A DNA stretch of 64,000 nt from a virus, in the IMG/VR virus record IMGVR_UViG_3300047509_000037, positions 32,152 through 96,151 of that record; one strand, written 5' to 3'. Positions 8,219 to 16,088 of the stretch are shown one piece after another. The notes under the pieces are model-generated. The model saw only the letters and a program-made list of their open reading frames with translations, was not told where the DNA came from and made no database searches. The first letter of the stretch is position 1, and every line of letters begins with the position of its first letter. The position numbers were made by a program, and so were the translations under genes.

Positions 8219-8725
8219 ATGTTGAAATCAATGACACGCGAAGAACTGGACAGGCTGCTCGAAGTCGCCAAGCAAGAGTCCTTCATGGACTACCTGATGA
8301 TGCTCGTGACGTTTCTCCACGGGCTTCGAGTCTCCGAGACGTTGTCGCTGACAAAAGACAACATCGTCAACGGCTACATCGTCGTGAAGCGCGGCAAGGG
8401 TTCGCACAAATGCGAACATCCCCTCTTACTCACGCCGAGCGAAGCCGAGCACCTGTCCAGTATCGAAGGCAAGTTCTTCACGATGTCGCGCATCACGTTC
8501 TGGCGCAGGATGCAGAAATACGGTGCGACCGCTGGGCTGGCTCCATACCTGAGGCACCCGCACACGCTGAAGCACACGTGCGGCAGGCTGGGGTTTAAGG
8601 GCGGCATGACGGTGCCCGACCTCGTCGAGTGGCTTGGTCACAAGAATCCAGCGATGGCTCTGGTGTATTCCGCCAGTGATATTGACACGGCGTCACGAGC
8701 GTTCGCCGCTGCGGTGGGACGCTGA
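8219..8725 (+). CDS. tyrosine recombinase, catalytic domain only
   Basis: GLRVSE, K(RGKG), HPHTLKH, WLGH, Y nucleophile; 168 aa. Confidence 0.85.
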   Translation: MLKSMTREELDRLLEVAKQESFMDYLMMLVTFLHGLRVSETLSLTKDNIVNGYIVVKRGKGSHKCEHPLLLTPSEAEHLSSIEGKFFTMSRITFWRRMQKYGATAGLAPYLRHPHTLKHTCGRLGFKGGMTVPDLVEWLGHKNPAMALVYSASDIDTASRAFAAAVGR

Positions 8726-8928
8726 TGGACGGCTTGGCGTGGTTGCTCAAAGACATGAAGCCTATGCCGCCGGAAGTGAAAGAGGCATACAAGGGGACTG
8801 AGTTCACGTGTGAGTGCGGCGGGATGGTCATCCCGCAAACGATGGATGACGGCATCTGCTTTTCTTGCAAAGCAATTCTGAAACTCGCGGAATGCGAATA
8901 CGAGGAGGCTAACGATGACACCACCTAA
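8725..8928 (+). CDS. small Zn-ribbon protein
   Basis: TGATG coupling; CECGG..CFSC. Confidence 0.65.
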   Translation: MDGLAWLLKDMKPMPPEVKEAYKGTEFTCECGGMVIPQTMDDGICFSCKAILKLAECEYEEANDDTT

Positions 8929-9967
8929 AGGGCGCTACGCATGGTTTGGACCGGACGAACCCGTACACCGGGAGAAGTCGCAAATTCCGTGGGGGAGAGC
9001 AATCATCTGGTTTATTCTTGCGGCGCTGGCGGTCTGGGCGGTAGATGCCCACGGGCAAGAAAGGCTCTATGACATCGAAGACGGCACAACAGCGGTATCT
9101 CCATTCACCCAGGGGTCGAGCGGCGACCGACCGGAGACATGCGCGGTATCGCACGCGACCCAAGAACAAGTTTCGCATCTACCAGTATCGTGCGACCCGT
9201 CTTCTCAAGGTGGAATTTTCTTTGGGGTTCGAGCATTTCTGCAATCTGATTGCACAAGCGTGCCGTTACTGTGGAGACCCTGCGACGGGGATAGACCGAC
9301 TCAACAACGCCGAAGGCTACACCGCGACGAACAGCGTCCCCTGTTGCGGGATGTGCAATCGCATGAAACTCAAATGGGGCGAGGACTTGTTTCTTGCTCA
9401 AATCGAGAAGATTTATCGGCATCGGTTCATGCCGTCGCCTGTGCAATCGCTAGAACTGAAGGCTTCTTTACCAAGAGAACAAAACCCAATCGCTACAACA
9501 ATCCGGGGGACATCCGAGGGTTTGGCGAGACGCGATACGCCGGGGAGATTGGACGAGACCGATTCGGTTATGTGATTTTTAAGTCCTCAGCGTTCGGCTG
9601 GGCTGCATTGACGCGGAACCTCCAGCGCATCGTGGACGGCACGAGCACGTACTACTCGACCGACCCGACGTTCGCAGAGATTGCGAAGGCATACGCGACC
9701 GACAAACGGTGGGGCAAGAGCGTGTGCAAGATTCTCCAAATCAATCCGCGAGCAACGATGCGGGAGTACCTTGGGCTGGCTCCACTGGTGAGGATGACAT
9801 GGAACTCAAATGCGGACATCTTGAAGCGCATACTTGCACCGCTTGCGGACAGTGTCGGGCTTGTCGCCACACCTACGTTGAGCGTGCGGACGGGTGGGTT
9901 TGGTGTCGGTGTCCTAATCTCAGATGGAGGCGGGTATTACAAATCCGAAACATATCAACGACCGTAA
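8915..9967 (+). CDS. secreted lysozyme-like (NNPG-motif) protein containing an out-of-frame HNH gene
   Basis: GAGGAGG RBS; TM/signal IIWFILAALAVWAVDAHG; C-terminal AIARTEGF..NRYNNPGDIR..YVIFKS...GW.AL. Confidence 0.65.
   Translation: MTPPKGRYAWFGPDEPVHREKSQIPWGRAIIWFILAALAVWAVDAHGQERLYDIEDGTTAVSPFTQGSSGDRPETCAVSHATQEQVSHLPVSCDPSSQGGIFFGVRAFLQSDCTSVPLLWRPCDGDRPTQQRRRLHRDEQRPLLRDVQSHETQMGRGLVSCSNREDLSASVHAVACAIARTEGFFTKRTKPNRYNNPGDIRGFGETRYAGEIGRDRFGYVIFKSSAFGWAALTRNLQRIVDGTSTYYSTDPTFAEIAKAYATDKRWGKSVCKILQINPRATMREYLGLAPLVRMTWNSNADILKRILAPLADSVGLVATPTLSVRTGGFGVGVLISDGGGYYKSETYQRP
9069..9575 (+). CDS. HNH endonuclease nested in alternative frame
   Basis: CRYCGD..GIDRLNNAEGYT..NSVPCCGMCNRMK. 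Confidence 0.85.
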   Translation: MTSKTAQQRYLHSPRGRAATDRRHARYRTRPKNKFRIYQYRATRLLKVEFSLGFEHFCNLIAQACRYCGDPATGIDRLNNAEGYTATNSVPCCGMCNRMKLKWGEDLFLAQIEKIYRHRFMPSPVQSLELKASLPREQNPIATTIRGTSEGLARRDTPGRLDETDSVM

Positions 9968-10005
9968 ACGAAACACATGTCTTCGATGCGCCCAAACTTT
10001 CTTAA
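9799..10005 (+). CDS. Cys/His-rich small protein
   Basis: GAGGA RBS; KCGH..HTCTACGQCRACRH. Confidence 0.55.
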   Translation: MELKCGHLEAHTCTACGQCRACRHTYVERADGWVWCRCPNLRWRRVLQIRNISTTVNETHVFDAPKLS

Positions 10006-10460
10006 CGTACTTTCGATTAGAGAGTGGACGATACCTGAATTGCGCGAATCGAAAACTGTGTTTCGAGTGCAACCCTTTGAAGTCCGGCAAACACTACGCA
10101 GAAAGAACACCCGCCTGCGAGAAATGTGGTGCGACAGAACCTAGCGGGAAATGGTGTGACTCTTGCTACCGGAATCAACGACGGTGGGCACACAAACGTC
10201 GCGCAGTGGAACTGTTGGGCGGCAAATGTAATCGCTGCTCGTGGTCAGGACACATCGCAGGTTATGACTTCCATCATCCTGCGGACGATAAAGAATTTAC
10301 GCCGAGCCAGATGCTATCTTTCAGTTGGGAGAAATTCTGGAGTGAGGCGCAGAAGTGCGAACTACTCTGTGCGATTTGCCATCGCATCGAACACTCAAAA
10401 TTCGAGGAGGAGCCACATGAAGGGATTGAAGGAAGCAACCAAGAACCTCAAGCTAGTTGA
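9924..10460 (+). CDS. HNH endonuclease
   Basis: LLGGKCNRC..YDFHH..KCELLCAICHRIEH. Confidence 0.85.
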   Translation: MEAGITNPKHINDRKRNTCLRCAQTFLTYFRLESGRYLNCANRKLCFECNPLKSGKHYAERTPACEKCGATEPSGKWCDSCYRNQRRWAHKRRAVELLGGKCNRCSWSGHIAGYDFHHPADDKEFTPSQMLSFSWEKFWSEAQKCELLCAICHRIEHSKFEEEPHEGIEGSNQEPQAS

Positions 10461-10623
10461 CACCGACGCGATTGCCGCGAAGGGGAAGCTGGCATACCGG
10501 ATGGGCATCGAACGCCGGAACAACCCGGAGAACACACCGACCGCACGCACCGTGTGGGAGCGTGGCTGGGATGCGGCGAAGGTCGAGTTCGAGGCGATGC
10601 AACTCCGCTGGAAATCTCTGTAA
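10417..10623 (+). CDS. Rmf/CrpP-like small protein
   Basis: GAGGAGG RBS; G..AY..G..R..NP......W..GW pattern. Confidence 0.55.
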   Translation: MKGLKEATKNLKLVDTDAIAAKGKLAYRMGIERRNNPENTPTARTVWERGWDAAKVEFEAMQLRWKSL

Positions 10624-10655
10624 ACCGTTTCACAATTAGGTGACGACCTACGTCG

Positions 10656-11003
10656 ATGTATTGGAGTTCACAATGGGAAACGATTCTGTTTCTGCTTTTC
10701 CTCGTGTCGCGCACGGGGAGAAAATTCGGAGTAATTTTGGGCATCTATCAGAAGAACCACTACGACCGACGCATGGTCGAATACCAGCGGTTGAAGTCTA
10801 AGCCGTGTCGAGATTGCAAGAAAAAGTTTCATCCGGTGTGCATGGATTGGGACCATCGACCACGCACAAAGAAACTCGCAGATGTCTCACGTTTGGTCAT
10901 CGCCCGCTGTTCGTGGAAGCGTGTCCTTGCGGAGATTAGAAAGTGTGACCTCGTGTGCGCGAACTGCCACAGACTTCGCACGTTCAGAAGGGAACAATAC
11001 TAA
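10656..11003 (+). CDS. HNH endonuclease (true start may be downstream)
   Basis: KPCRDC..MDWDH..KCDLVCANCHRLRT. Confidence 0.85.
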   Translation: MYWSSQWETILFLLFLVSRTGRKFGVILGIYQKNHYDRRMVEYQRLKSKPCRDCKKKFHPVCMDWDHRPRTKKLADVSRLVIARCSWKRVLAEIRKCDLVCANCHRLRTFRREQY

Positions 11004-11004
11004 T

Positions 11005-11181
11005 ATGCCTTGGGACGATTCTTTAAGTGCGGTCCACAACGATGACACGAAAGTCGTTGGTCGCGCACTCAACGCAGTAAACTTTATCGAAGTCGATTGG
11101 GAAGCCGTCGAACGCCGGAACGCCGGATACCTCGCGGTCAACATCGCCAACAGCCGAAAGCGAGAACAAGATGCCAAGTAA
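11005..11181 (+). CDS. hypothetical protein
   Basis: ORF filling gap. Confidence 0.55.
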   Translation: MPWDDSLSAVHNDDTKVVGRALNAVNFIEVDWEAVERRNAGYLAVNIANSRKREQDAK

Positions 11182-11458
11182 AAAGCGCAAGCTGCTACAA
11201 GCTGAAATCGAATACCTCGACCCGCTCAACTGCGGCTCGACACTCGGCTACAACATCGTCGACGGTCGCCGGGGACTCTATGGCGACGTGGACATCACTG
11301 ATTGCAATCGCAAGGTGACGTGGAACTTCAGCGTCAGCGACGAGAATCCGCTGGCGAAAATCGACTGTGCTATCGGTCTGCTCATTCGATTCCGGTCGAA
11401 GCTGGACCTAGAACTTTCCAAGGCGAAGAAGCGCCGCCCGCGAAAACCGAGGGCTTGA
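11171..11458 (+). CDS. hypothetical protein
   Basis: 95-aa ORF, typical codon use. Confidence 0.7.
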   Translation: MPSKKRKLLQAEIEYLDPLNCGSTLGYNIVDGRRGLYGDVDITDCNRKVTWNFSVSDENPLAKIDCAIGLLIRFRSKLDLELSKAKKRRPRKPRA

Positions 11459-11492
11459 CACGCGTGGTATACTAGTGTCTGGAGGATTTCTC

Positions 11493-11768
11493 ATGGACAA
11501 AGAAAAATCGGTCAAGGTCGTCACGCTCGAAGGCACATTCCCTGAACTGGTCGTGAAGCACGTGTACCAGCAAGGGCGGGGCACCGGGAGCAACATCCGT
11601 GCCGCTGCCGCCGCTGCCATTCGGGATTTGATGAGTAAGCCGGGATTGAAAGCCCGCCGCATCACATCTGCGAAGTTGACAATGAGCATTGGAACGCGTA
11701 TAGTCGATTCAGTCGAATCCACGGAGGGCACCAATGTCGCTGATGGTCTACAAAAATCGAACGGTTGA
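11493..11768 (+). CDS. hypothetical protein
   Basis: GGAGG RBS; extended -10 TGGTATACT at 11465-11473. Confidence 0.7.
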   Translation: MDKEKSVKVVTLEGTFPELVVKHVYQQGRGTGSNIRAAAAAAIRDLMSKPGLKARRITSAKLTMSIGTRIVDSVESTEGTNVADGLQKSNG

Positions 11769-12243
11769 AGTCATCGAAACGTCCGGCTCGTTGTCCAAGA
11801 TTAACGACGACGGCAACGAGTACAGCGTGAAAACCGCCAGCCTCAAGGCACCGAAGACGCCCCGGCGTCCCAAGAGCCTGAACATCGTCACCATCACGGA
11901 GAGCATGAAGCCCTTTGTGACATATCTGCTCACCGCTCAGGCGAAGACCTTGCTCACGCTGGAAGCACAGTGTGAGGAGATGGACTTCGCGGTTCGCAAA
12001 CAGTACACCGCTCTGACGGGCGGCGACGAACTGGTCGAGGGTGCGGGCTACCACGTCGCGCCGGAGTCAGCCAAGAAAGAAGGCTGCGAGGGTAGTGTCA
12101 CATTCGTCATGCCAACCGACGAGTCCATCATCACACCGGAGATTACCGCCATGATGACACAGCGTCCCGGTCTCATCAACCGAATCGGTTTCGTGTGGGC
12201 TTTGGTCGAAGCCGGATTCAAGGTGGCGCGGGTTCTCGGATAG
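11734..12243 (+). CDS. hypothetical protein
   Basis: GGAGG RBS; 169 aa. Confidence 0.75.
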   Translation: MSLMVYKNRTVEVIETSGSLSKINDDGNEYSVKTASLKAPKTPRRPKSLNIVTITESMKPFVTYLLTAQAKTLLTLEAQCEEMDFAVRKQYTALTGGDELVEGAGYHVAPESAKKEGCEGSVTFVMPTDESIITPEITAMMTQRPGLINRIGFVWALVEAGFKVARVLG

Positions 12244-12250
12244 GAGTCGC

Positions 12251-13324
12251 ATGGCTCTCAAGATTCACAAATACCCGGACCTGTCGGGACCTCTGTACCA
12301 TTACAACAATAGCGTCAAGCTGAGATTCAGCCCGAAGCACTGGCTCTATCTGCTCGAAGGTGCCGACGGTTCCCTGACTCCAATCTCCGGCGTCACGAAT
12401 ACGCTGAAGATTGTGGACAAGAGTCAGGCACTCATCGGCTGGGCGACTCGGCTGTTCATGGAGAAAGCCGTCGCGCTTCTTCAAGAGTGTCGCCGGGGAA
12501 ACATGGTCGAGGTCGAGTACGAAGACTTGATTACGATTTTGATGAAGGCGAAGGACGAGCACCGCAACGTGCTCGAAGCGGCGGGAGACACCGGACACAG
12601 CGCACACGCGTTCGTCGAATCTCTCATCCGTGCGACCGCAGTCGAAGACGAGAACCGTCGGCTGGAGATACTGGCGAAGTTCCCTGAGGATGAGCGTGCA
12701 TCGAACGCGGCTATCGCGTGCTTGGCGTTCTTCGCGGAGCACAACGTCCGGTACATCGCGGCGGAGCAACGCGTCTTCTCACTGGAGTGGTTAGTCGCGG
12801 GGATGATGGACGGCGACGTTCTGATGGACTCGTGCGACGATGCCGACTGTCCCTGCCAGCAACACGCACCGTTCAAGGACAGGCGCATGGTGCTGGATTT
12901 GAAGACCAGCAACCAAGTCGTAGCGACGTACTTCGCGCAAGCGAATTTCTATTGGAAGGCGAAGGTCGAGGAGTTCCCCGACACCAAGTTTGACGGTGTC
13001 GTCATCCTCAGGCTGGGCAAAGACGACGCGGCTGAGTTCGAGCCGTGGATTCACTTCGGAGACGAAGCGCACGAGCGGCATCTGCGGTTCTTCAAGCGGG
13101 CACTGGACCTGAAGCAATCGGTCGAAGAAGTCGAAGGCGAGATGAAGTCGGTCAAGGCAGCCCTACGCGCTAAGGCGCAGGCGGCGAAGGACGCGGCGAT
13201 GCGTATCGCGTGCCCCAAGGCGAAGGTCTATAAGGGCAGCCGCAAGAGCAAGTGCTTCGACGACGGCACACAATGTGAGGCGTGCGCGAAGATTTACTTG
13301 ACAGCCAATAGCACGAAAGTGTAG
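12251..13324 (+). CDS. PD-(D/E)XK exonuclease-family protein
   Basis: SGVTNTL..LIGWA, GHSAH, EQRVFS..AGMMDG, LDLKTS, Q..FY. Confidence 0.8.
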   Translation: MALKIHKYPDLSGPLYHYNNSVKLRFSPKHWLYLLEGADGSLTPISGVTNTLKIVDKSQALIGWATRLFMEKAVALLQECRRGNMVEVEYEDLITILMKAKDEHRNVLEAAGDTGHSAHAFVESLIRATAVEDENRRLEILAKFPEDERASNAAIACLAFFAEHNVRYIAAEQRVFSLEWLVAGMMDGDVLMDSCDDADCPCQQHAPFKDRRMVLDLKTSNQVVATYFAQANFYWKAKVEEFPDTKFDGVVILRLGKDDAAEFEPWIHFGDEAHERHLRFFKRALDLKQSVEEVEGEMKSVKAALRAKAQAAKDAAMRIACPKAKVYKGSRKSKCFDDGTQCEACAKIYLTANSTKV

Positions 13325-13327
13325 TAT
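13298..13327 (+). promoter_or_regulatory. sigma70-type promoter
   Basis: TTGACA-N18-TAGTAT. Confidence 0.6.
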
Positions 13328-13346
13328 TGAAAGAGTGGAGGGACAC

Positions 13347-13562
13347 ATGACTATCGGCAAAGTAGGGAACATAGCAGTCAGCGGAGTGGTCGAAATTGCG
13401 CAGCGGTACGAAGCTGCTGGTAACCGTCGTATCGCGTGTCAAGCCGCAATCGACGAGTACCTCGACCGTCCTGAGTACAAAAAACTTTGCAAGGCTTTGC
13501 GGGATGCCGACGCTGCATGGCGTGCGGCAGGAGCCGAATATGAAACTGGTCGTTTGGTCTAA
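13347..13562 (+). CDS. hypothetical protein
   Basis: GGAGG RBS. Confidence 0.7.
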   Translation: MTIGKVGNIAVSGVVEIAQRYEAAGNRRIACQAAIDEYLDRPEYKKLCKALRDADAAWRAAGAEYETGRLV

Positions 13563-13574
13563 CGGGAGGGATAC

Positions 13575-13871
13575 ATGACTTTTGCAAAGGATGCACTCAG
13601 GCAGGCGAAGCGCCTTACACGCAAAGAGCGCAACAAGGCGGGCAAGCTGGCGAAAGCCGCTGCACGTGAAGCTGCTACCAAGATTCCCACCATCGAAGTT
13701 CCCCCGGTGCCGCGTAGTGTTTCGTCGCTGGCATTTCTGGGCGGCAAGCAGTACCGCCAGCACGGTCTGAGCATGAAGAACCGCCCCGGCAATCACATGC
13801 TGCACGAGGAAGCGGAAGCTGAGAACCACGCACGTTCACTGACGGCGTATCAACCGAGCGCGGAGTTATAA
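13575..13871 (+). CDS. basic hypothetical protein
   Basis: GGAGG RBS. Confidence 0.7.
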   Translation: MTFAKDALRQAKRLTRKERNKAGKLAKAAAREAATKIPTIEVPPVPRSVSSLAFLGGKQYRQHGLSMKNRPGNHMLHEEAEAENHARSLTAYQPSAEL

Positions 13872-13940
13872 ATAAAATGAACTTCTTCAAATACATGCGA
13901 CCAGAGAACGAAAAAATTTCTTCTATCCTGTTCGCCATGC

Positions 13941-13970
13941 TTGACAACAAGGATGTGCGTCCGGTAATCT
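13941..13970 (+). promoter_or_regulatory. sigma70-type promoter
   Basis: TTGACA-N18-TAATCT with AT-rich upstream tract. Confidence 0.6.
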
Positions 13971-14046
13971 GGAAGAAGGTTAAGCACGTGACCGCCGGGG
14001 GTCAACCCGATGGTCGATTCGCATAGCCTCTGAGGAGGGACACATC

Positions 14047-14424
14047 ATGGCAACTTCAAAAACCAAAACCGGAGCCACACTCGTCTCGACCATCGGCGGT
14101 CGTGTCAAGTATCGCTTCACTTCCATCCTGATGAAGCAGGTCCAAAGCAGATACGCCTACTTCGCAACCAAGAACGAGATTTTCTCGCTCATCAACAGCC
14201 TGTTCCGCACGGAAGTCGCTGAGTTCCCGACGATTGTTTACACCGGGACGCAGGGTCGCACGACCTACAACGCCCGCAAGAACAGCTACGGTGGATTCAG
14301 CATCGGCTGTCAAGACTTCGACCGCAACACGGTTCGCGCTATCGCAGCCAGCGTCGGTCACTCGAAGTCATTCATCAACGCGTACCTGCCCCGGTTGGCG
14401 AAAGCCGCTGCCGCTGGTCGCTAG
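14047..14424 (+). CDS. hypothetical protein
   Basis: GAGGAGG RBS. Confidence 0.75.
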   Translation: MATSKTKTGATLVSTIGGRVKYRFTSILMKQVQSRYAYFATKNEIFSLINSLFRTEVAEFPTIVYTGTQGRTTYNARKNSYGGFSIGCQDFDRNTVRAIAASVGHSKSFINAYLPRLAKAAAAGR

Positions 14425-14531
14425 ACTGTACAGCAGGGAGCCTGAACTACCAGCCCTGTCACTCGCGTTGAAACGGTAGACTGATGCGGCGAATAACACG
14501 CGTGCCAAATTCAAATTCAGGAGACACAAAC

Positions 14532-14768
14532 ATGAGCATGACATCGAAAGTAATCAACCTGCTCCGGCTAGCAATTCTCAATGCTCTGGCGAACGGTTCG
14601 AGCGCCAGCAACCAAAGTCTTCGCTCCGTCGTCGGCAGTGTTTACTCACTGCGTTCGATTCAGGAAGCGACCCAGAAGATGACCAAAGAGGGACTGCTCG
14701 TCGCGTCCACTCGTGGTGTCTACAAGTTGAACACGAACGTCCCGCAGGCAATTGGCGCGACGGCGTAG
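14532..14768 (+). CDS. winged-helix DNA-binding protein
   Basis: AILNAL..SIQEATQKMTKEGLLVASTRGVYKL. Confidence 0.6.
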   Translation: MSMTSKVINLLRLAILNALANGSSASNQSLRSVVGSVYSLRSIQEATQKMTKEGLLVASTRGVYKLNTNVPQAIGATA

Positions 14769-14861
14769 TCCCTTCGAGGGGCGTGGTTCCTCACGAGATG
14801 GGGACTAACGCGGAGGATGCGAGCCTCCCGCCACATTGTTGTTTGATTCAGGAGAGTTCAC

Positions 14862-15317
14862 ATGGCTCGTGCAGGAAAGAAAGACGTTCTCGCCGCAGGC
14901 GGGAGCAAGATGGTCATCGCAGGCGGCATTGGAGAGAGCGACCCGCTACGCAACGTATCGAAGGAAGGGCGTGACGACACACCGATTCCAGCGTTCGAGA
15001 AACCTGTCGAACCCAAGATGGAGTTCATCCCCAAGAACGGTCACATCCTCGTTCGCCGCGACACCCCGGTCGAAGCGAAGGGTCTGGTCGAACTGGTGCA
15101 GGACGAAGCCGCGAAAGAAAAACCTGCTCAGGGCATCGTGCTTGAGACGAATTGTGTTGACTACGTCGTCGGCACTCGTGTAGTGTTTGGAAAGTATTCG
15201 GGCACTGAGTTCAAGCTGAACGGCGAGTTGCTGCTCATCATGCGTGACGAAGACGTTCAAGGGCTGCTCGTGCAGGCGGAACCCGACAGCGAAGTAGAAA
15301 TCGAAATCCTTCCGTAG
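14862..15317 (+). CDS. groES: co-chaperonin GroES with N-terminal extension
   Basis: PKNGHILVRR, EKPAQGIV, GTRVVFGKYSGTEFK, LLIMRDEDV. Confidence 0.9.
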   Translation: MARAGKKDVLAAGGSKMVIAGGIGESDPLRNVSKEGRDDTPIPAFEKPVEPKMEFIPKNGHILVRRDTPVEAKGLVELVQDEAAKEKPAQGIVLETNCVDYVVGTRVVFGKYSGTEFKLNGELLLIMRDEDVQGLLVQAEPDSEVEIEILP

Positions 15318-15328
15318 AGGAGTCCAAC

Positions 15329-16075
15329 ATGGAGAAAGCTGCAATCGTCGGAGACGCGGACGTATCTCGCGCAACACACGTCCGCCGCCGCATCACCAAT
15401 CTGGTCAAGGCAGCCAACACGAGCGACTTTGACCTTGCCGAATTGTTCCACGAGTCAAAGAAGAACCAGTACCCCGCGATGTGGGGCTTCGAGTCCTTCT
15501 CTGCTTACGGCAAGGCTCTGGCGAAGGACTACAACTTCAAGTGGACGAAGGTCTACTACCTGACTCGCATTGCTGAGAACATGGAAGCCGCGAAGCTGGA
15601 GCGTTCGCAGTACGAACCCGTTGGCAAGACCAAGCTGCGAATGATTTCCCGGCTGAAGCCTGACACCGAGTTCAACGGCGTCTCCGTCTCTATCCTGATT
15701 CGGGAACTGACGCTGAAGGCTGGGCAGATGTCACCAGACGAAGTCCAGTACGAGGTCGATAAGATTCTCGGACTGACGGAAGATGAGTCGATGTCATGGC
15801 TCAACATCCGTGTGAAGAAGATGGCGAAGGACAACGTCATCATGCCGTCCATCGCTCTCGCAAAGAAACACATCGGGAGCGTTGGGCAGGACGAAGAAGG
15901 ACAGTCGCAGGACGCAAGTGAAGGTCGCTGTCTCGAACTCATCTGTGCGAACTTCCTCGCGGACCCGAACTACAACAACGAGCAACCGCCGGATACCGCC
16001 GCGAAGATTCAAGCAGCCGCCGATGCAACCGAGGCGGCGCAAGAGGAAAACGAACAACCAACCAACGACGAATAA
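15329..16075 (+). CDS. hypothetical protein
   Basis: GAGGAG RBS; 248 aa. Confidence 0.75.
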   Translation: MEKAAIVGDADVSRATHVRRRITNLVKAANTSDFDLAELFHESKKNQYPAMWGFESFSAYGKALAKDYNFKWTKVYYLTRIAENMEAAKLERSQYEPVGKTKLRMISRLKPDTEFNGVSVSILIRELTLKAGQMSPDEVQYEVDKILGLTEDESMSWLNIRVKKMAKDNVIMPSIALAKKHIGSVGQDEEGQSQDASEGRCLELICANFLADPNYNNEQPPDTAAKIQAAADATEAAQEENEQPTNDE

Positions 16076-16088
16076 CTGGAGGGTGCCA

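Noticed and set aside
8219-8725. Evidence that this is an integrated prophage
   Set aside because: No att site, repressor or host flanking genes in the window; recA and groES are embedded among phage genes
9060-9430. Group I intron or intein around the nested HNH
   Set aside because: Insert is essentially all HNH coding sequence; no intron core or intein terminal motifs seen
12251-13324. Cas4 assignment for the PD-(D/E)XK nuclease
   Set aside because: No CRISPR context; pattern fits common phage exonucleases
13878-14027. 49-aa ORF MNFFKYMRPE...
   Set aside because: No SD and it spans an AT-rich promoter region
14479-14495. CTGATG..CGAA resembling a hammerhead core
   Set aside because: Lacks CUGAUGA, GAAA and a proper stem II
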